From the IMG/VR virus record IMGVR_UViG_3300044515_000086, positions 1 to 52,210 of that record: a stretch of DNA of 52,210 bases; one strand, written 5' to 3'. This DNA comes from a virus (Duplodnaviria; Caudoviricetes). Below, one piece after another: positions 8,953 to 19,055 of this stretch (its first letter is position 1; every line of letters begins with the position of its first letter). A program made the position numbers and the translations under genes. The notes beneath the pieces are model-generated. The model was given only the letters and a program-made list of their open reading frames with translations, searched no databases and was not told the DNA's origin.

Positions 8953-11180
8953 TGCGCGGGCCTCGGTTGATCCGCCGCGCTCGAGGGGGCGAACTGCTTG
9001 CGCAGATCAATGGTGAGCGGCCCTTTACCATCGGGCCGTGTCATAGGTATCGGACCATCCATGATGGTGTAACGTCCGGAGCCCACGCTCCCGCCTGAAT
9101 CTCCTGCGCTGATATCGCCCTCGCGCAATCGGTAGCCTTGGATGCGATCGGCCCAATCATCGCCACCCCCTGACGCTTTGACGACCGCCGCTATGGCCTT
9201 ATTCACGTATCCCTTGAATTTGGTCGGGTCCATCCCGTCTGGCACTTTGACTTGGGCACCATTGAAATCGAGGGTGTTGCCGAGCGCGATCTTGAGCGCT
9301 TGCTTCTCGATCGTGTGGTTCGGGTCGCCTTTAAGATCCCCGGCTCCGGCGCGCAAGCCCGCGTCTGCCGCCTTGAACGCGGCAAAGTAAGCCTCTCCCA
9401 ACTGCGGCCGATCGCGAAATAAATCGTGGGCCTCTCGCATGAACTGATCGCGCAGCCCGGGATTGTTATTCGTGCCATCGGGTGGCATCGGAACCGTGCT
9501 CTTAAGTTCGCCCTTTTCTTGTTGTCCCGTGGTGGCCTTATTGGGATTGAGCAGCGAATCGCCCGACAGCATCAAAGACGCATCCTTGATTGTCGCCGCG
9601 TATTTCTGATCGAACCACATCGGCGTCGATGCGGGCGCACTGTTGCCCACCATCGAGCCTGCGATCGCGGTCACGGGCGAGTGCGGCGCGATCTGATGCA
9701 TGGAGTTCTGGTAAGCCTGGTCATCGTTCATCGCGCCCCGCAGGCTTACGAGCATCTGGGCGCGCTGTGAGGGCGCCGCACTGTCGAGCTGCGCTGAGAG
9801 TTGCGTCGCCTCCTGCGGCAGGAGCACTGAGGGCGTGATCGTGGGACCGTACTGCGTCCGCAGTGCCTTTAACGTCGCCATGCGATCTTGGATCTGTGCT
9901 TGAAACTGCGCTTTGGGATCCGGTGCTTCGGTACCGGTGTGTGCAGCACCTACCGAGCCCAGCGCTGCGGCGATTGGGGAGGCAGGGTTCAAGGCACTCA
10001 TGTCCAGGGGTTGCACCTCGGTGCCGTTGCGATTCGCCCCGAAGAGAAGCGGCGCCTTCTGCATCAGATTGACGTTTTGATTGACCGCCGTCTGAAGGCG
10101 GTTGAGATTCGCCCTATCGCGCAAGGTTCCACCTTGCTGGTCCAGCGCTTGAGCGCGCTGCTGCACGTAGGCGAGCTGCTGATCGATGGGTTGGTGCAGC
10201 ACCTGTTGCACATGCTGCTCATCTTTCAGACGCTGTTTAAAGTCGTCCGCGAACGAGGTGTCCTGCGTCACGCGCTGGGCCGTATCCCACATATCAGCCG
10301 ACAGCGGCACGCCGCTCGAGATCTGCTCATCGATGCGCCCGATCATCGATTGCGCTTTCGCCTCGCGCTTATCGGCCTCGTGATCCATGCGGTTCTGCAG
10401 GATCGATTGATCGTTCAAGACCGTGCGCAGCACCATGTTGCGTTTCTCGGTATCGAGCTTGCCGGCGTAGGCGCCGTCGGCATCGGTCAAGTCGTGCTGC
10501 AGCTCCTGCAGGTCCGGCATACTGTCCTTCGCTTCCATCGAGCGCTGCGTCGCTTGATTGAGCCAATTGCGGTCCTTGAAATTTTGGATCGCCTTGTCGA
10601 CCACTGGCGATGGGATCCCCGCGGCGAGCGCCTGCGGTCGATAGGCATCGATTTGAGAGTTGATCGACTCGATGTCGGCCTGCGGCATGCCGGCGAGCTT
10701 GCCGAGCGAGTTCAGTGTCGTATCGAAGTTATCGACGAAAGCCTGTTTCTTGCCAGTGTTCGCGATGCCCTGCACGGCGACCGCGCCGCCCAATGCGTTG
10801 CGCTTCATGCCGCGCTCGAGCAGCTCCTGGCCCATCGGGTCCAAACCCTGGATCTGCGGCGTTTGCTGTTTGCTATTCCAGTCATCGAAGGCCTTCGGTG
10901 CCTGATCCCAAGGCAGCTGTCCGGAGGCGACCTGCTCGCGGATCGCCTCGGTCTGCGTCTTCACCGCAAGCTCATGATCGATGAGCGAGGTCGAAGCCTG
11001 CGAGCGGGCGAAGTTCACATCCTGCTGATGCGCCTGGTCGCCAGCGCGCTCGAGCGTTTGCCCAAATCCTGCGATCGCCTCATCGACGCCGCGCGCAGAC
11101 TCATCGATGAACGGACGGCGATAGGATGGGTTCGGGACCGGCGTGGGCCCGAGCGCGGTGTAATCCGGGATCTGCGCCAT
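8949..11180 (-). CDS. Internal virion/ejection protein (gp15-position analogue)
   Basis: 743 aa, Gln/Ala-rich and helical; synteny. Confidence 0.7.
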   Translation of the reverse strand: MAQIPDYTALGPTPVPNPSYRRPFIDESARGVDEAIAGFGQTLERAGDQAHQQDVNFARSQASTSLIDHELAVKTQTEAIREQVASGQLPWDQAPKAFDDWNSKQQTPQIQGLDPMGQELLERGMKRNALGGAVAVQGIANTGKKQAFVDNFDTTLNSLGKLAGMPQADIESINSQIDAYRPQALAAGIPSPVVDKAIQNFKDRNWLNQATQRSMEAKDSMPDLQELQHDLTDADGAYAGKLDTEKRNMVLRTVLNDQSILQNRMDHEADKREAKAQSMIGRIDEQISSGVPLSADMWDTAQRVTQDTSFADDFKQRLKDEQHVQQVLHQPIDQQLAYVQQRAQALDQQGGTLRDRANLNRLQTAVNQNVNLMQKAPLLFGANRNGTEVQPLDMSALNPASPIAAALGSVGAAHTGTEAPDPKAQFQAQIQDRMATLKALRTQYGPTITPSVLLPQEATQLSAQLDSAAPSQRAQMLVSLRGAMNDDQAYQNSMHQIAPHSPVTAIAGSMVGNSAPASTPMWFDQKYAATIKDASLMLSGDSLLNPNKATTGQQEKGELKSTVPMPPDGTNNNPGLRDQFMREAHDLFRDRPQLGEAYFAAFKAADAGLRAGAGDLKGDPNHTIEKQALKIALGNTLDFNGAQVKVPDGMDPTKFKGYVNKAIAAVVKASGGGDDWADRIQGYRLREGDISAGDSGGSVGSGRYTIMDGPIPMTRPDGKGPLTIDLRKQFAPSSAADQPRPAQ

Positions 11181-11186
11181 GTGCGT

Positions 11187-11645
11187 TTAAGCCGTTGCGC
11201 CGTATTTATCGTAGAAGCTCGAGCCGCCCGAGAGCACGCTCGACATGCCGGAGATCCAACCGGATTTCACCGCATTCCTGCCTTCGGTGCGCATGCCGGT
11301 AGCGCGATAGTCAAGTTCATTGGCGCGGTCCTGGCCCTGATACAGCGAGGTGAGTGCGCGATATTCGCCTTCACCGCGAATGCCTCCCACGGTCGCGATA
11401 GCGCTTGTTCCCGTGGTCGTAAGGCCCGCCCCCGCGATCGACGCCCGAGCATTCGAGGCAACATAGGTCGCGCGCCGTCGGTCTTGAATCGCGCCTTGGA
11501 TACCGGAGGCGACCGACTGGCCGGCCTCCTGCTCGAGCTGCGCAGCTCCGGCGTCGAGCGCGCCCTTTTGCGCGTACCCGGACGAGACTTTGCCATAGGC
11601 GCTGATCGCCGTCCCAGCAAGAGAGATGGCAGCTGTTGCGCCCAT
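11187..11645 (-). CDS. Small internal virion protein (gp14-like)
   Basis: Gly/Ala/Ser-rich with hydrophobic N-terminus and RASIAGAGL motif; synteny. Confidence 0.75.
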   Translation of the reverse strand: MGATAAISLAGTAISAYGKVSSGYAQKGALDAGAAQLEQEAGQSVASGIQGAIQDRRRATYVASNARASIAGAGLTTTGTSAIATVGGIRGEGEYRALTSLYQGQDRANELDYRATGMRTEGRNAVKSGWISGMSSVLSGGSSFYDKYGATA

Positions 11646-11653
11646 GTGTGCTT

Positions 11654-12139
11654 CTACCTTTGGTCGAGCCGTTTGGCCCAGAGAGTGTCGACGAGCGCGT
11701 AGCCGTTACGCTTCAAGATCGAGTCCATCGGAAAGGCGGCTTTGGTGTGGTGATACACCACCTGCACGCCTTCCGCGGCGAGAGACTGATCGCTGTACGC
11801 AATCAAACGGCTGCCTGCGAAAATGCCGCGCCGCTCAGGGGAGATGAAGATCACATCTTGGACCGCCTGGATCGAGCCCATGTAGTGCGGGTTCCTGTTC
11901 ACAATGTGCCCGACGTAGCCGACGAGCTCCCCATCCACGCGCGCACTGAAGCAGCGCAGCTTCCCGAGTTCATCCGCCTTCTCGTACATGGGCCAGTCGA
12001 TGTCCAGCGCAATGTCCTTAAAATGGGCGATCTCGTGGTAGTGGCGCTCGAGCAGCTCCTCGAGGCGGCCGCCATCGCGGATGGCACTTAAAGTCTCGCG
12101 CGCGAATTGCGGCGCGCTGCGAGAATAAGTGTCAGCCAC
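11654..12139 (-). CDS. GNAT-family acetyltransferase
   Basis: DGELVGY, VIFISPERRG and LKRNGY motifs; lies between the nozzle gene and the gp14-like gene. Confidence 0.8.
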   Translation of the reverse strand: MADTYSRSAPQFARETLSAIRDGGRLEELLERHYHEIAHFKDIALDIDWPMYEKADELGKLRCFSARVDGELVGYVGHIVNRNPHYMGSIQAVQDVIFISPERRGIFAGSRLIAYSDQSLAAEGVQVVYHHTKAAFPMDSILKRNGYALVDTLWAKRLDQR

Positions 12140-14912
12140 TGGTGGTCATCTCCGTGGTGAAGGCCAGACAGGTGCAGGGCCGCGGTGACGCGGCCTGCAG
12201 GCACACGCGCGAATCGGTCGACCAGATATCGTTGAAGGCGCCCATCTGTTGATCGTAGTCAACGAGGATCGCATTGAGGTCGGGCATGCCATTCGCGAGT
12301 ACCGGCAAGTCCGATTGCGGCAAGTCATCCAGGTGCTGAAAATCATTGCCGATCTTGATGCCCTGCGCGTGAGTGTTCTGCAGGATCAAGCCCAGCGCAT
12401 TGATGCGCTTCGGCTGATTGAGGGGCGTGCCGAGGGCGGCCGCGAAACTCTGCTTCATCGACTTCCACTGCGCGGTGTAGGGAAGTCCGACGATCGCATT
12501 GGTGATCGGGAAGGCCTCGCCGCCCTGATTGATGCCGCCGATGGACCCGGTCGCATCGACGACATAGAGCCCTAAGTCAAGGCCCACGGTGTTGCCAGCT
12601 GCGTCGACATACGGGTCCACCGTGTTCCAACCCCAGAGGCACACCGTCTCCCCGATGAGCCAGCTAAGCTCGCCCGTAATCGCGGTGACGGGCGTCGCAC
12701 CGTTATTCCACGCGAGGTGCGCATCCGAGACCTTGGCGATCGGCGTGCCCACGCATTCACCTTCCATTGCCCATTTCTCATGGAACCGCACCGTCTGCCC
12801 GTTGATCACGCGACGCACGGTGTAATAAACCTGATCCTCCGCCTGGCCCGACCCCGGTAGCACCGTGACATCCTCGACGAACCCGGCGCCGCCCCGGCTG
12901 CTCGCCGGCGTGATGCCAAGCCAGCAGGTGACGTTCTCGGTGGTGTCGTACACCATGACGCCGGCGCTGCCATCCTTGCGCACGCAGTGAATGCGGGTAT
13001 CAGGCTTGCGCTGGATCGCGATCTGCACGATGCCGGCGCTGTTGAAGTCCGGGACCAGCAGGGTGAGCTCGGTCGATTTGTAGCTGTAGGTGTAGACATC
13101 CAAGTCGAGCGTGAAGAGGCGCTGGCCAGTGACCTGCACGAACACGGCCGAGCGATCCATCTGCACCACATTCACATTTGCCGAGCCTTGCGTGGATCCG
13201 GTCATGACGTTGAAATTGGTCGGAGTTACGGGATCGCCAAGGTAAGTCGAGCGGACCGAGGTCTCCTGGGAGGCGGTCCCGACAACGAGCTGCTGCAGGC
13301 CGATCGCCCAATAGATGTTATCGACCGGGCCTGAATCGAGCTGCCCGATGATGGGCGCCGAGCCTCCGATTATCGTGTCATCGAAATTGTTAAAGTCATC
13401 CGACACCGAGCCGAAGACCCCGGTGCCGAACCACCACAAACGGCCGCCCCACAGCATCGGCGTGGCAGGATAGCCGCGAAATTGCGACCAGGATTCCTCG
13501 GACCAGTTAGACGTCGCAGCCGTTCCCCCTAAGTCCTCGAGCACAGCCGCATTCACGAGCAAGTTGCTGGTGTAGCCGGTGATGCGCGCGATGCCGGTGA
13601 TGCTCCCTTGAGGGATCGAAAGCGACACCAGCGTGGCACCAGAGGTGTAGTTTCCGGTCTCGAACCCTAAGCGGTAGTAGATGCTGTCGTTATTGTTGCC
13701 GTCGTTGAACGTGGCAACGAATGCCATATTCCAAGTTTGTCCAGCGACATCGATCCAGGGACCTGCATTCGTGCCCACCGAATACTGCAGCTGCACGACG
13801 CCGACGAAACCGCCGCCAATGCTGATGTTGATGGTCCGCTGCGCGCCGACGCCAGTGACCAAGATCGAGTTCGTGAATGTGTTGGCCGCGGCCAAGATGC
13901 TTTGCACCAGTTGACCCGCGGAGATGATGCGAAAAAGCGCGCCAACCTGTCCAGGCTTGAAAAGCGGCTTATTCGCGGTGAGCGTGATATTGCCGGTGAT
14001 CGCACTCGGTGCGATGGTGACATTCGTCACATTGATGGGACGAAACGGCCCGGCCGTGCAGGTTTGCGTGTAGTCGACGATCGACCAGGAATCAACCGCG
14101 CGCCGCTCGATCTGCTGCTGCGGGTAGCCGTTGGCGCCAACGAACATGACATCCCCCGACTGAGTCCAGCGCAGCCTGTAGAGATCCGTCGTCTGCCAGG
14201 GAGTCGGCAGCGTCAAAATCCCAGCAGGCTCGATGTTGCAGGACGCGAGGATCGAGGCGGATTGCCCTGCGTTCTCGAAGCGCACCCAGAAGTTCGGGCC
14301 GCCAGGCAGGAGCGCCAAGGAATGCGTGCCGGTAAAAAGGGTGGTCTCGTTAATGAGCAAGTCATCGCCTTGGGATGTGCCGCAGCGAAACGTGATGGGG
14401 CCCGTGGCAACGACGATACGCAGTGCGTGGCGCGTGAGCTCAGAGCCAAGCGCCACACTGATCTCTTGATCGATGATTGCATTATTGCTGCCCGTGCCGA
14501 CGAGTGATGCCTGCCCGTTGGCCACCCAGCTCGCGACAGCCCCCGCTTCGCTACTGTCGGTCCAGCCGGCGAGACTTCCTATGAACGAGCCGTTCGTTAC
14601 CGCCGTTGCGACAAAACTGCGCGTGATCAGATTATCGTTGACCCAAACTCGTGAGAGGCCTTGCGTGACCTCGATGCGCGCGGTGTCGGTCGCCCCGAAA
14701 ATAAAGGGGATCGTCTTCGCCTGATTGTTGCCGGCGGTGTTGCCGGTATAGGCCCAGCCCGGGCGCAGCATCATCGATCCTAAGACCCGCGCCATCCAGT
14801 TGTTCATGCTCTGCGCCGCCATGCGATAGCGCGCAAGATCCAGGCGCGCCAGCCCAAGCGTGGAGAGCACGCCGCGGTTAAAGGCGAGCGTGGCGGAGGT
14901 TTCTTTAGGCAT
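12132..14912 (-). CDS. Tail tubular protein B / nozzle (T7 gp12-like)
   Basis: 926 aa. N-terminal FNRGVLS...RPG, TQSGDVMF and RGYPAT...GRLWW motifs. Confidence 0.85.
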   Translation of the reverse strand: MPKETSATLAFNRGVLSTLGLARLDLARYRMAAQSMNNWMARVLGSMMLRPGWAYTGNTAGNNQAKTIPFIFGATDTARIEVTQGLSRVWVNDNLITRSFVATAVTNGSFIGSLAGWTDSSEAGAVASWVANGQASLVGTGSNNAIIDQEISVALGSELTRHALRIVVATGPITFRCGTSQGDDLLINETTLFTGTHSLALLPGGPNFWVRFENAGQSASILASCNIEPAGILTLPTPWQTTDLYRLRWTQSGDVMFVGANGYPQQQIERRAVDSWSIVDYTQTCTAGPFRPINVTNVTIAPSAITGNITLTANKPLFKPGQVGALFRIISAGQLVQSILAAANTFTNSILVTGVGAQRTINISIGGGFVGVVQLQYSVGTNAGPWIDVAGQTWNMAFVATFNDGNNNDSIYYRLGFETGNYTSGATLVSLSIPQGSITGIARITGYTSNLLVNAAVLEDLGGTAATSNWSEESWSQFRGYPATPMLWGGRLWWFGTGVFGSVSDDFNNFDDTIIGGSAPIIGQLDSGPVDNIYWAIGLQQLVVGTASQETSVRSTYLGDPVTPTNFNVMTGSTQGSANVNVVQMDRSAVFVQVTGQRLFTLDLDVYTYSYKSTELTLLVPDFNSAGIVQIAIQRKPDTRIHCVRKDGSAGVMVYDTTENVTCWLGITPASSRGGAGFVEDVTVLPGSGQAEDQVYYTVRRVINGQTVRFHEKWAMEGECVGTPIAKVSDAHLAWNNGATPVTAITGELSWLIGETVCLWGWNTVDPYVDAAGNTVGLDLGLYVVDATGSIGGINQGGEAFPITNAIVGLPYTAQWKSMKQSFAAALGTPLNQPKRINALGLILQNTHAQGIKIGNDFQHLDDLPQSDLPVLANGMPDLNAILVDYDQQMGAFNDIWSTDSRVCLQAASPRPCTCLAFTTEMTTSG

Positions 14913-14916
14913 TTAC

Positions 14917-15645
14917 CTATCCGTAGAAGCTGTACGGATTCCCGCGCTCAAGACTCTGGCGGCGACCATGGCGTGCCTGGCGCCACATCCCGGGCGGCAA
15001 CATCGCGGTGGCCTCGTTCATGGCGTCAGTCGACTTGGCTTTCTTGAGGAACATGTCGCGCCGCTTCTCGACGTCCAGGCGCTTCTTCTCATCGCTGGTG
15101 ACGCGAATGCAGATTGCCTCCGCGAAATAGAGTTCCACGTAGCGCTGGAAATTATCCGGCCACATCCCCATGTTCATGCCCCAGCCAGCGTCATCCGAGA
15201 CGTACTTGACGAAAAGCACCTGCAGGTCGCAGTAGAAATGGCTGCCCTCATCCGTGTATTGCAGGAGCGGGGTGGAAAAGTACGGATCGGTACATACCAT
15301 CATCCAACGCACCCAGTCGGGTGGAAGCTCGAACGCGCACTGATAGCCAAAAGGCGGCGCGATGGCCGGATCGAAATTCCATTGCACGCCGCGGCCGGCG
15401 AAGTTCCACAGACCCATCGAGAGGCAGCTGCGTACGCCGCCGCGATTCCAGATGTCATCGAGCGCACGGCGCGATTCGCGGTTCTCGGTCGAAAAGGTTG
15501 CGCCCAGGCTTTCCGGCTGCAGCACGCGCTCGCCGATCGCGGTACAGGCGCCATTGTAAATCGAGAGCTGCGTCGCCCTCGCCCCGCTCGTGGGAGGGCC
15601 GCCAAACCCAGAGGAGCCAAAGGCAAAACCGCTCGGTGTACTCAT
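14917..15645 (-). CDS. Tail tubular protein A / adaptor (T7 gp11-like)
   Basis: IYNGACTAIGE, WNFA and FGYQCAFELPPDW motifs. Probable ATG at 15645. Confidence 0.8.
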   Translation of the reverse strand: MSTPSGFAFGSSGFGGPPTSGARATQLSIYNGACTAIGERVLQPESLGATFSTENRESRRALDDIWNRGGVRSCLSMGLWNFAGRGVQWNFDPAIAPPFGYQCAFELPPDWVRWMMVCTDPYFSTPLLQYTDEGSHFYCDLQVLFVKYVSDDAGWGMNMGMWPDNFQRYVELYFAEAICIRVTSDEKKRLDVEKRRDMFLKKAKSTDAMNEATAMLPPGMWRQARHGRRQSLERGNPYSFYG

Positions 15646-15664
15646 GGTAATACCCTCACGTTGT

Positions 15665-17086
15665 TCAATGCGATGTCCATGCGGTGCCGTTGCAATAGAC
15701 CGGAACACTCACCGCGCCGCTGCCGGTGAGAGTGGCGTTATAGGTCGGGGACGTCGCATCCGAGACCGCGTAAAGCGCACCCTTATTGCCCGCGGCGCAA
15801 GCGGGAAGGGAGGCGACCGTGGTCACAGGCAGTTGCAGCAGGGCACTGGCTGTGATCTTGGATGCGACGATGGTGAGAGTTCCGTCGCTCGCTCCAGTGC
15901 CACCGGATACCGTGAGCGATGCATCACCGCCTGCGTGACCGCTCGAATGCAACACCAGCGGAGATGACGCGGCGGACGTCAAGTTGCCGATATCGGTTTG
16001 ACCGGCGAAGTTCACATTGAAATTGAGCGAGCGGATGAAGTTGCCGCCGGTCATGATGGCAGTGTCTTGAAACACATTGCCCGTGGTTTGGGTGCTTAGG
16101 AAACCGCCTGAAGGATCGGGACCGCCTTCAGCGCTCCCCAGTACGTGATATCCATATGTCCACCCACCTGAACCGCCGCCGCCGCGCGCGATGAAGGCGC
16201 TGTTCGCTCTGGCGGTAGCGAGATTGACCGAGTCGTAGCCCCACGAGAGATTCGTGCTCGCGGTCGGAGAGTTATCTATCGTTCCCAGTTCGATGCCCGC
16301 CGAGGCAGTCGCTTGACTGGAGGACGTTAGAATCGCGTTGATGTTCATCCCCCATATCTTTATGTTGGGATTGACGATGACGTTAGGGCCGGACGGAGTT
16401 TGGCCAGCTGCGGTATTGCCCTGCTGAAACCATCCGGACACCGTGAGCGAGGTGCCGTTCAGTGCCCATCCGGTAATCGTGCCGGTGTAGAACGTCGCAT
16501 CTGACGTATTGACCAGCATCCCCACTTTAAATTTGGCGAGCTGTGGGCTCGTGAAGGGAGTCGTCGGCACAAAGGTTGTGGTGGTGAAGGTGCCTGGTAC
16601 ATTGGCCACGGCCGGCGGCGCGGTGATGTCCATATAGCAGCCGACCATATCCCGCCCGGAGTAGGTCGCTACGGCTGACGGTGTGCCGAATGTACCCATG
16701 ACTTGCGGGATGTGTGTCGAGTTCGTGACTTGAGAGCAGCCAATCGCATTGGCACCGAACCCAAAGGTGAAGGGATTCGTGCCAATCAGCTGCGCGACGG
16801 TAACTGGCCCGCTAAAGACCGGCGAGGCAGTTGTGGGGATATTGATTCCATTGAGTGTCGCTGTGCCGCTGAACGCGGGCGAAGCGGTGGTCGGCACGCT
16901 CACCCCGTTCAGCGTCATCACGCCTGTGAAGCCGGGATTGGCGACATCGGCCTTACTTTGCCATGCAGCTGTCCACTGCCCCGTGCTCCAAACCTGTCCT
17001 TGAGTGATGGTGCCGCCGTTCGGCACCGACTGGGCGAACGCCACCGCGCCGATGAGGGTACAGAGCGCCGCCAATAGTATTTTCAT
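15665..17086 (-). CDS. Fibre-like beta-rich protein with N-terminal signal-peptide-like segment
   Basis: Starts MKILLAALCTLIGAVAFA-Q. Repeats such as PTTASPAFSG. C-terminal TVASLPAC...VPVYCNGTAW. ATGA overlap at 17083-17086. Confidence 0.7.
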   Translation of the reverse strand: MKILLAALCTLIGAVAFAQSVPNGGTITQGQVWSTGQWTAAWQSKADVANPGFTGVMTLNGVSVPTTASPAFSGTATLNGINIPTTASPVFSGPVTVAQLIGTNPFTFGFGANAIGCSQVTNSTHIPQVMGTFGTPSAVATYSGRDMVGCYMDITAPPAVANVPGTFTTTTFVPTTPFTSPQLAKFKVGMLVNTSDATFYTGTITGWALNGTSLTVSGWFQQGNTAAGQTPSGPNVIVNPNIKIWGMNINAILTSSSQATASAGIELGTIDNSPTASTNLSWGYDSVNLATARANSAFIARGGGGSGGWTYGYHVLGSAEGGPDPSGGFLSTQTTGNVFQDTAIMTGGNFIRSLNFNVNFAGQTDIGNLTSAASSPLVLHSSGHAGGDASLTVSGGTGASDGTLTIVASKITASALLQLPVTTVASLPACAAGNKGALYAVSDATSPTYNATLTGSGAVSVPVYCNGTAWTSH

Positions 17087-17622
17087 GCGGCGATACTCTT
17101 GGCGTAGCTCGAGAGCCACGAATAGGCGTCCCCCTCGGCATTGTGCTTGTCGCTTAAGACCTTGCCATCAACGTCTCGAACGATGCGCCACTTCGAGAAA
17201 ATGCCCCCGTAGTTCACCGTGTGCCCGGGCAAGAACACGATCTTGTGAGCCTGCAGGCCGCCTAACTTCGTGATGAAGCGCTTGCCATCTTCGGTCGTCT
17301 TGAACACGACGCGCGCCCAGTTAACGCCGGCATCGACGACGATGAGTTCACCCTGCCACTTCAGATCCTCCGCGGTCACGGTGAGTTCGACATTGCCCTG
17401 CAGCTTCGCCGCCTGAAAAGTCGCCGCAAGATGCGACCAGTAGGCGACCGGCAAAATGTCATCCGGTTCGACACCGCTCTGCACGGTGACATCGAATTTT
17501 GCGGTGTTGTGCTCGGACTGCTTCATCCGATCCACCGTGATCTGCGGCACGAGACGCGCCGCCTTCTCGTCCTCTGCCGCGCGCGGTGCTGCTGCTTGCG
17601 GCTGCTGTTTGGCTTCGCTCAT
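17083..17622 (-). CDS. Hypothetical protein of the head-tail region
   Basis: ATG at 17622 with GGAG RBS, just downstream of a terminator. Confidence 0.7.
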   Translation of the reverse strand: MSEAKQQPQAAAPRAAEDEKAARLVPQITVDRMKQSEHNTAKFDVTVQSGVEPDDILPVAYWSHLAATFQAAKLQGNVELTVTAEDLKWQGELIVVDAGVNWARVVFKTTEDGKRFITKLGGLQAHKIVFLPGHTVNYGGIFSKWRIVRDVDGKVLSDKHNAEGDAYSWLSSYAKSIAA

Positions 17623-17646
17623 TGTTATCTCCGTTCGATAGGTTGC

Positions 17647-17679
17647 AAAAAAAAGGGCCGGCGGTATGAGCGCCAGCCC
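17647..17679 (-). terminator. Intrinsic terminator after the capsid/decoration genes
   Basis: Minus strand GGGCTGGCG-N7-CGCCGGCCC-T8. Confidence 0.85.
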
Positions 17680-17707
17680 CAGCACTTGAAAAATGCTCGA
17701 AGTCGAC

Positions 17708-18001
17708 TTACTGGGTCGTGACGTGCACGCCGCTCGTGGTGCCACCGATTGCGGTCACGGCACCCATGGTCGTGAGATACGCGTGCGGTGTCGTTGAGTC
17801 GACGATGTAGATCAGGTCCCCCGGCAGCATGCCGAGCGCCTGTGCGTTGGTGAAGTAGTTCGCCCCTTCGACCGTGGCGATCACATCCGGACTGTTGTAC
17901 ATCCAGAATTGACCGCCGGAATTGCCGGTCTCGCTGCGGCCGAAATTGACCAGCGGCCCGGTCGATTGCTTGATCGGCGGGTTGGTTACTGCGTAAGCCA
18001 T
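17708..18001 (-). CDS. Putative capsid decoration/cement protein
   Basis: 97 aa directly after the major capsid gene, strong GAGGAG RBS, NYFTNAQALGMLPGDLI. Confidence 0.6.
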   Translation of the reverse strand: MAYAVTNPPIKQSTGPLVNFGRSETGNSGGQFWMYNSPDVIATVEGANYFTNAQALGMLPGDLIYIVDSTTPHAYLTTMGAVTAIGGTTSGVHVTTQ

Positions 18002-18035
18002 TGTCTGATTCTCCTCTAGGACCTACGGGCCGTTT

Positions 18036-18881
18036 TTAAGAAATCTGCGACGCGTCGTGGTTGATGACGACGATGCCCGAATTCTGCAGCACCTTCGTCC
18101 CGATGTTGGCCGACGCGCGAGCCCATGAGTAGGCCTGCTCCTCGTCATAGCCCACCGGGGTTTCGAGTCCCGCCGAGTCGAACGCATTGCCGATCGCGCT
18201 CTTGTGAAACGCGAAGCACTGTTCGGCATTCGTGCCGACACCCGGGATCGCCGGATGCACGATCCACATCGCGCCGTTCCACCAGTACATCTGCGGCTTA
18301 TCCCGCCACGCCGCATCGGCACCGTCAGTCGGGGGCTTGTTGACGTAGAGCCGGTTTGCGAACTCCGGAATCTGCATCAGGTACCCTTCAAAGCCGGAGC
18401 TGATCACGAACGTGATGTTGCCGTCCCACGGCACCTGCGCATTGCCAAGCTTGGTCTTGGCGCGGGTGACGAGCATCAGACTGGCGGTCTGCGCGGCGCC
18501 GGTGTTCACCGTGGCGGTCTGCAGTGCGCCGAAAATATCGGTGTCGATCTTTCGATTGATCACCGCCATCGTGGTTTCCTGCATGATCGCGCGCTGGTTG
18601 CCTTGGGACGCGAAGACGTTGAACTGAGTCTTGCGCACCAGGTCGTGCCATTCGTTCAAGGTGCAGCTGTTCTGCTGCAGGTTATCCGCCCGCGCCGGGA
18701 TCAAGCCATTGATGCCGCGGGTGGTGGCGGTTGCACCGCCGGAACCGGCGACCAGGAATACGGCCGTGTTGCCTTTGATGACCGCCTCGGTCGTGCAGCT
18801 GGTGCGCAGCAGCGACTGGCGCTGTTCGAACTGCTTGACGAATTCCTGGCGGTATTGAGTTTGAAACGCAGAGTCGCTCAT
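18036..18881 (-). CDS. Major capsid protein
   Basis: QYRQEFVKQFEQRQSLLR...INRKID...FAFHKSAIG pattern of BPP-1/T7-like capsids; follows the scaffold gene. Confidence 0.85.
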   Translation of the reverse strand: MSDSAFQTQYRQEFVKQFEQRQSLLRTSCTTEAVIKGNTAVFLVAGSGGATATTRGINGLIPARADNLQQNSCTLNEWHDLVRKTQFNVFASQGNQRAIMQETTMAVINRKIDTDIFGALQTATVNTGAAQTASLMLVTRAKTKLGNAQVPWDGNITFVISSGFEGYLMQIPEFANRLYVNKPPTDGADAAWRDKPQMYWWNGAMWIVHPAIPGVGTNAEQCFAFHKSAIGNAFDSAGLETPVGYDEEQAYSWARASANIGTKVLQNSGIVVINHDASQIS

Positions 18882-18884
18882 GAC

Positions 18885-19050
18885 GACGATACCTCGTGAA
18901 AGAAGTGGGGACCGTGAGGTGCCTGGCTTCCGGGGTATCTGTCGCGCTCATCGAGCGGGGTGGCCTTATGGCGCCGCTCATTAAGCGTTCGAGTGCCGAT
19001 CGTCGTGGCGTTCTTGCCCTGGGCGCCGCGAACGCGGGGTGACCCAGTCG
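18885..19050 (-). ncRNA. Candidate structured cis-regulatory 5' leader of the capsid gene
   Basis: Three stem-loops share an asymmetric internal loop. Core motifs at 19034-19044, 18955-18965 and 18930-18940. Confidence 0.5.
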
Positions 19051-19055
19051 CGCCA

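Noticed and set aside
9888-11702. 604-aa plus-strand ORF, and other long antisense ORFs such as 37413-38558 and 14860-15729
   Set aside because: Shadow frames of real genes in high-GC DNA; no motifs, and the opposite strand carries coherent phage genes.
2556-17086. Additional DGR target among tail or fibre genes
   Set aside because: No TR-like sequence (such as GGGCTCGCGTCGTCCGCAGA) noticed on either strand by eye; a computational scan is still advisable.
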